Part shown: piece after piece, positions 42,275 through 42,515 of the stretch
Numbering within the stretch: position 1 is the first letter of the stretch
Layout: every line of letters starts with the position of its first letter
DNA from: a phage
Reading direction: 5' to 3' (one strand)
Sequence record: PP754824.1
Length of the DNA stretch: 42,515 bases
Notes under the pieces: generated by a model
What the model was told of the DNA's origin: nothing
The model's input: only the letters and a program-made list of their open reading frames with translations
The model's database searches: none
Position numbers and translations under genes: made by a program

Positions 42275-42515
42275 TTAAGCCACAGTTGAGTCTGCGGATT
42301 GAATCAGCTGAACTTCAACCAGTGCGCCATCAACGCTTTCACTAGCTGATACATAGCCACCAGCAAATGTGAAACCAGTTCCCCAGGTAGAACGTCCCAC
42401 TTTAGCGGCAACAACGCCACTTTCATTTACGAAAACCTTGTCACCAAATGCCGGAGCAGCTGCAAGAGTAGTGCGAACCCAAATACGACCAGAAGTCATT
42501 ACGTTAACTGCCTCA
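42275..42515 (-). CDS. 3' portion of the wrap-around structural gene (joins 1..381)
   Basis: Frame is open from the window end down to the TAA at 42275; the last 127 nt duplicate positions 1..127. Confidence 0.5.
   Translation of the reverse strand, partial: EAVNVMTSGRIWVRTTLAAAPAFGDKVFVNESGVVAAKVGRSTWGTGFTFAGGYVSASESVDGALVEVQLIQSADSTVA
42389..42515. repeat. 127-bp exact duplicate of positions 1..127 (terminal overlap of a circular or terminally redundant genome)
   Basis: Direct comparison of the first and last 127 nt. Confidence 0.95.

Noticed and set aside
1-42515. Integrase, excisionase or CI-like repressor indicating a temperate lifestyle
   Set aside because: No ORF shows tyrosine or serine recombinase motifs or a CI-like HTH/peptidase architecture; the only HTH proteins are small Cro/YdaS-like or fused to other domains. 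Absence by eye is not proof.

Overview
The window is a complete, circularly permuted genome (about 42.39 kb unique; positions 1-127 are repeated exactly at 42389-42515) of a tailed dsDNA siphovirus of a Gram-negative, probably enterobacterial, host. All calls are from reading the sequence and ORF track by eye; no database search was run. The minus strand carries a lambda-like morphogenesis block: small and large terminase, portal, protease/scaffold, a gene that wraps the window ends, an E-like major capsid protein, head-tail joining proteins, major tail protein, G/G-T chaperones with a -1 frameshift site, tape measure, and M, L, K, I, J tail-tip proteins. Three HNH homing endonuclease genes interrupt this block. 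Other modules are a T1-like lysis cassette (holin, SAR endolysin, unimolecular spanin), a replication/recombination set (SF2 helicase, VRR-NUC nuclease, Zn-ribbon primase, P-loop ATPase, SSB with poly-Q linker, Erf-like annealase, PD-(D/E)xK exonuclease), a plus-strand tail fibre gene, one tRNA-Arg(CCU), and many small early genes of unknown function. No integrase or CI-like repressor was recognised, so the phage is probably virulent; resemblance to T1-like or HK578-like phages is a guess. The most striking signal is a family of about 17 copies of an 18-bp box (consensus AATAGCACGAATTGCTAA), with a -10-like hexamer exactly 22 nt downstream in 14 of them, then a conserved leader (CATCGAAACGAAA-like) and RBS. 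Other notable points are an internally deleted inverted paralogue of the P-loop replication gene across the early control region, two copies of a ~100-bp AT-rich element in the two divergent control regions, iteron-like repeats, an Llp/Cor-like lipoprotein next to a putative receptor-binding gene, and a two-gene insertion inside the tail operon.
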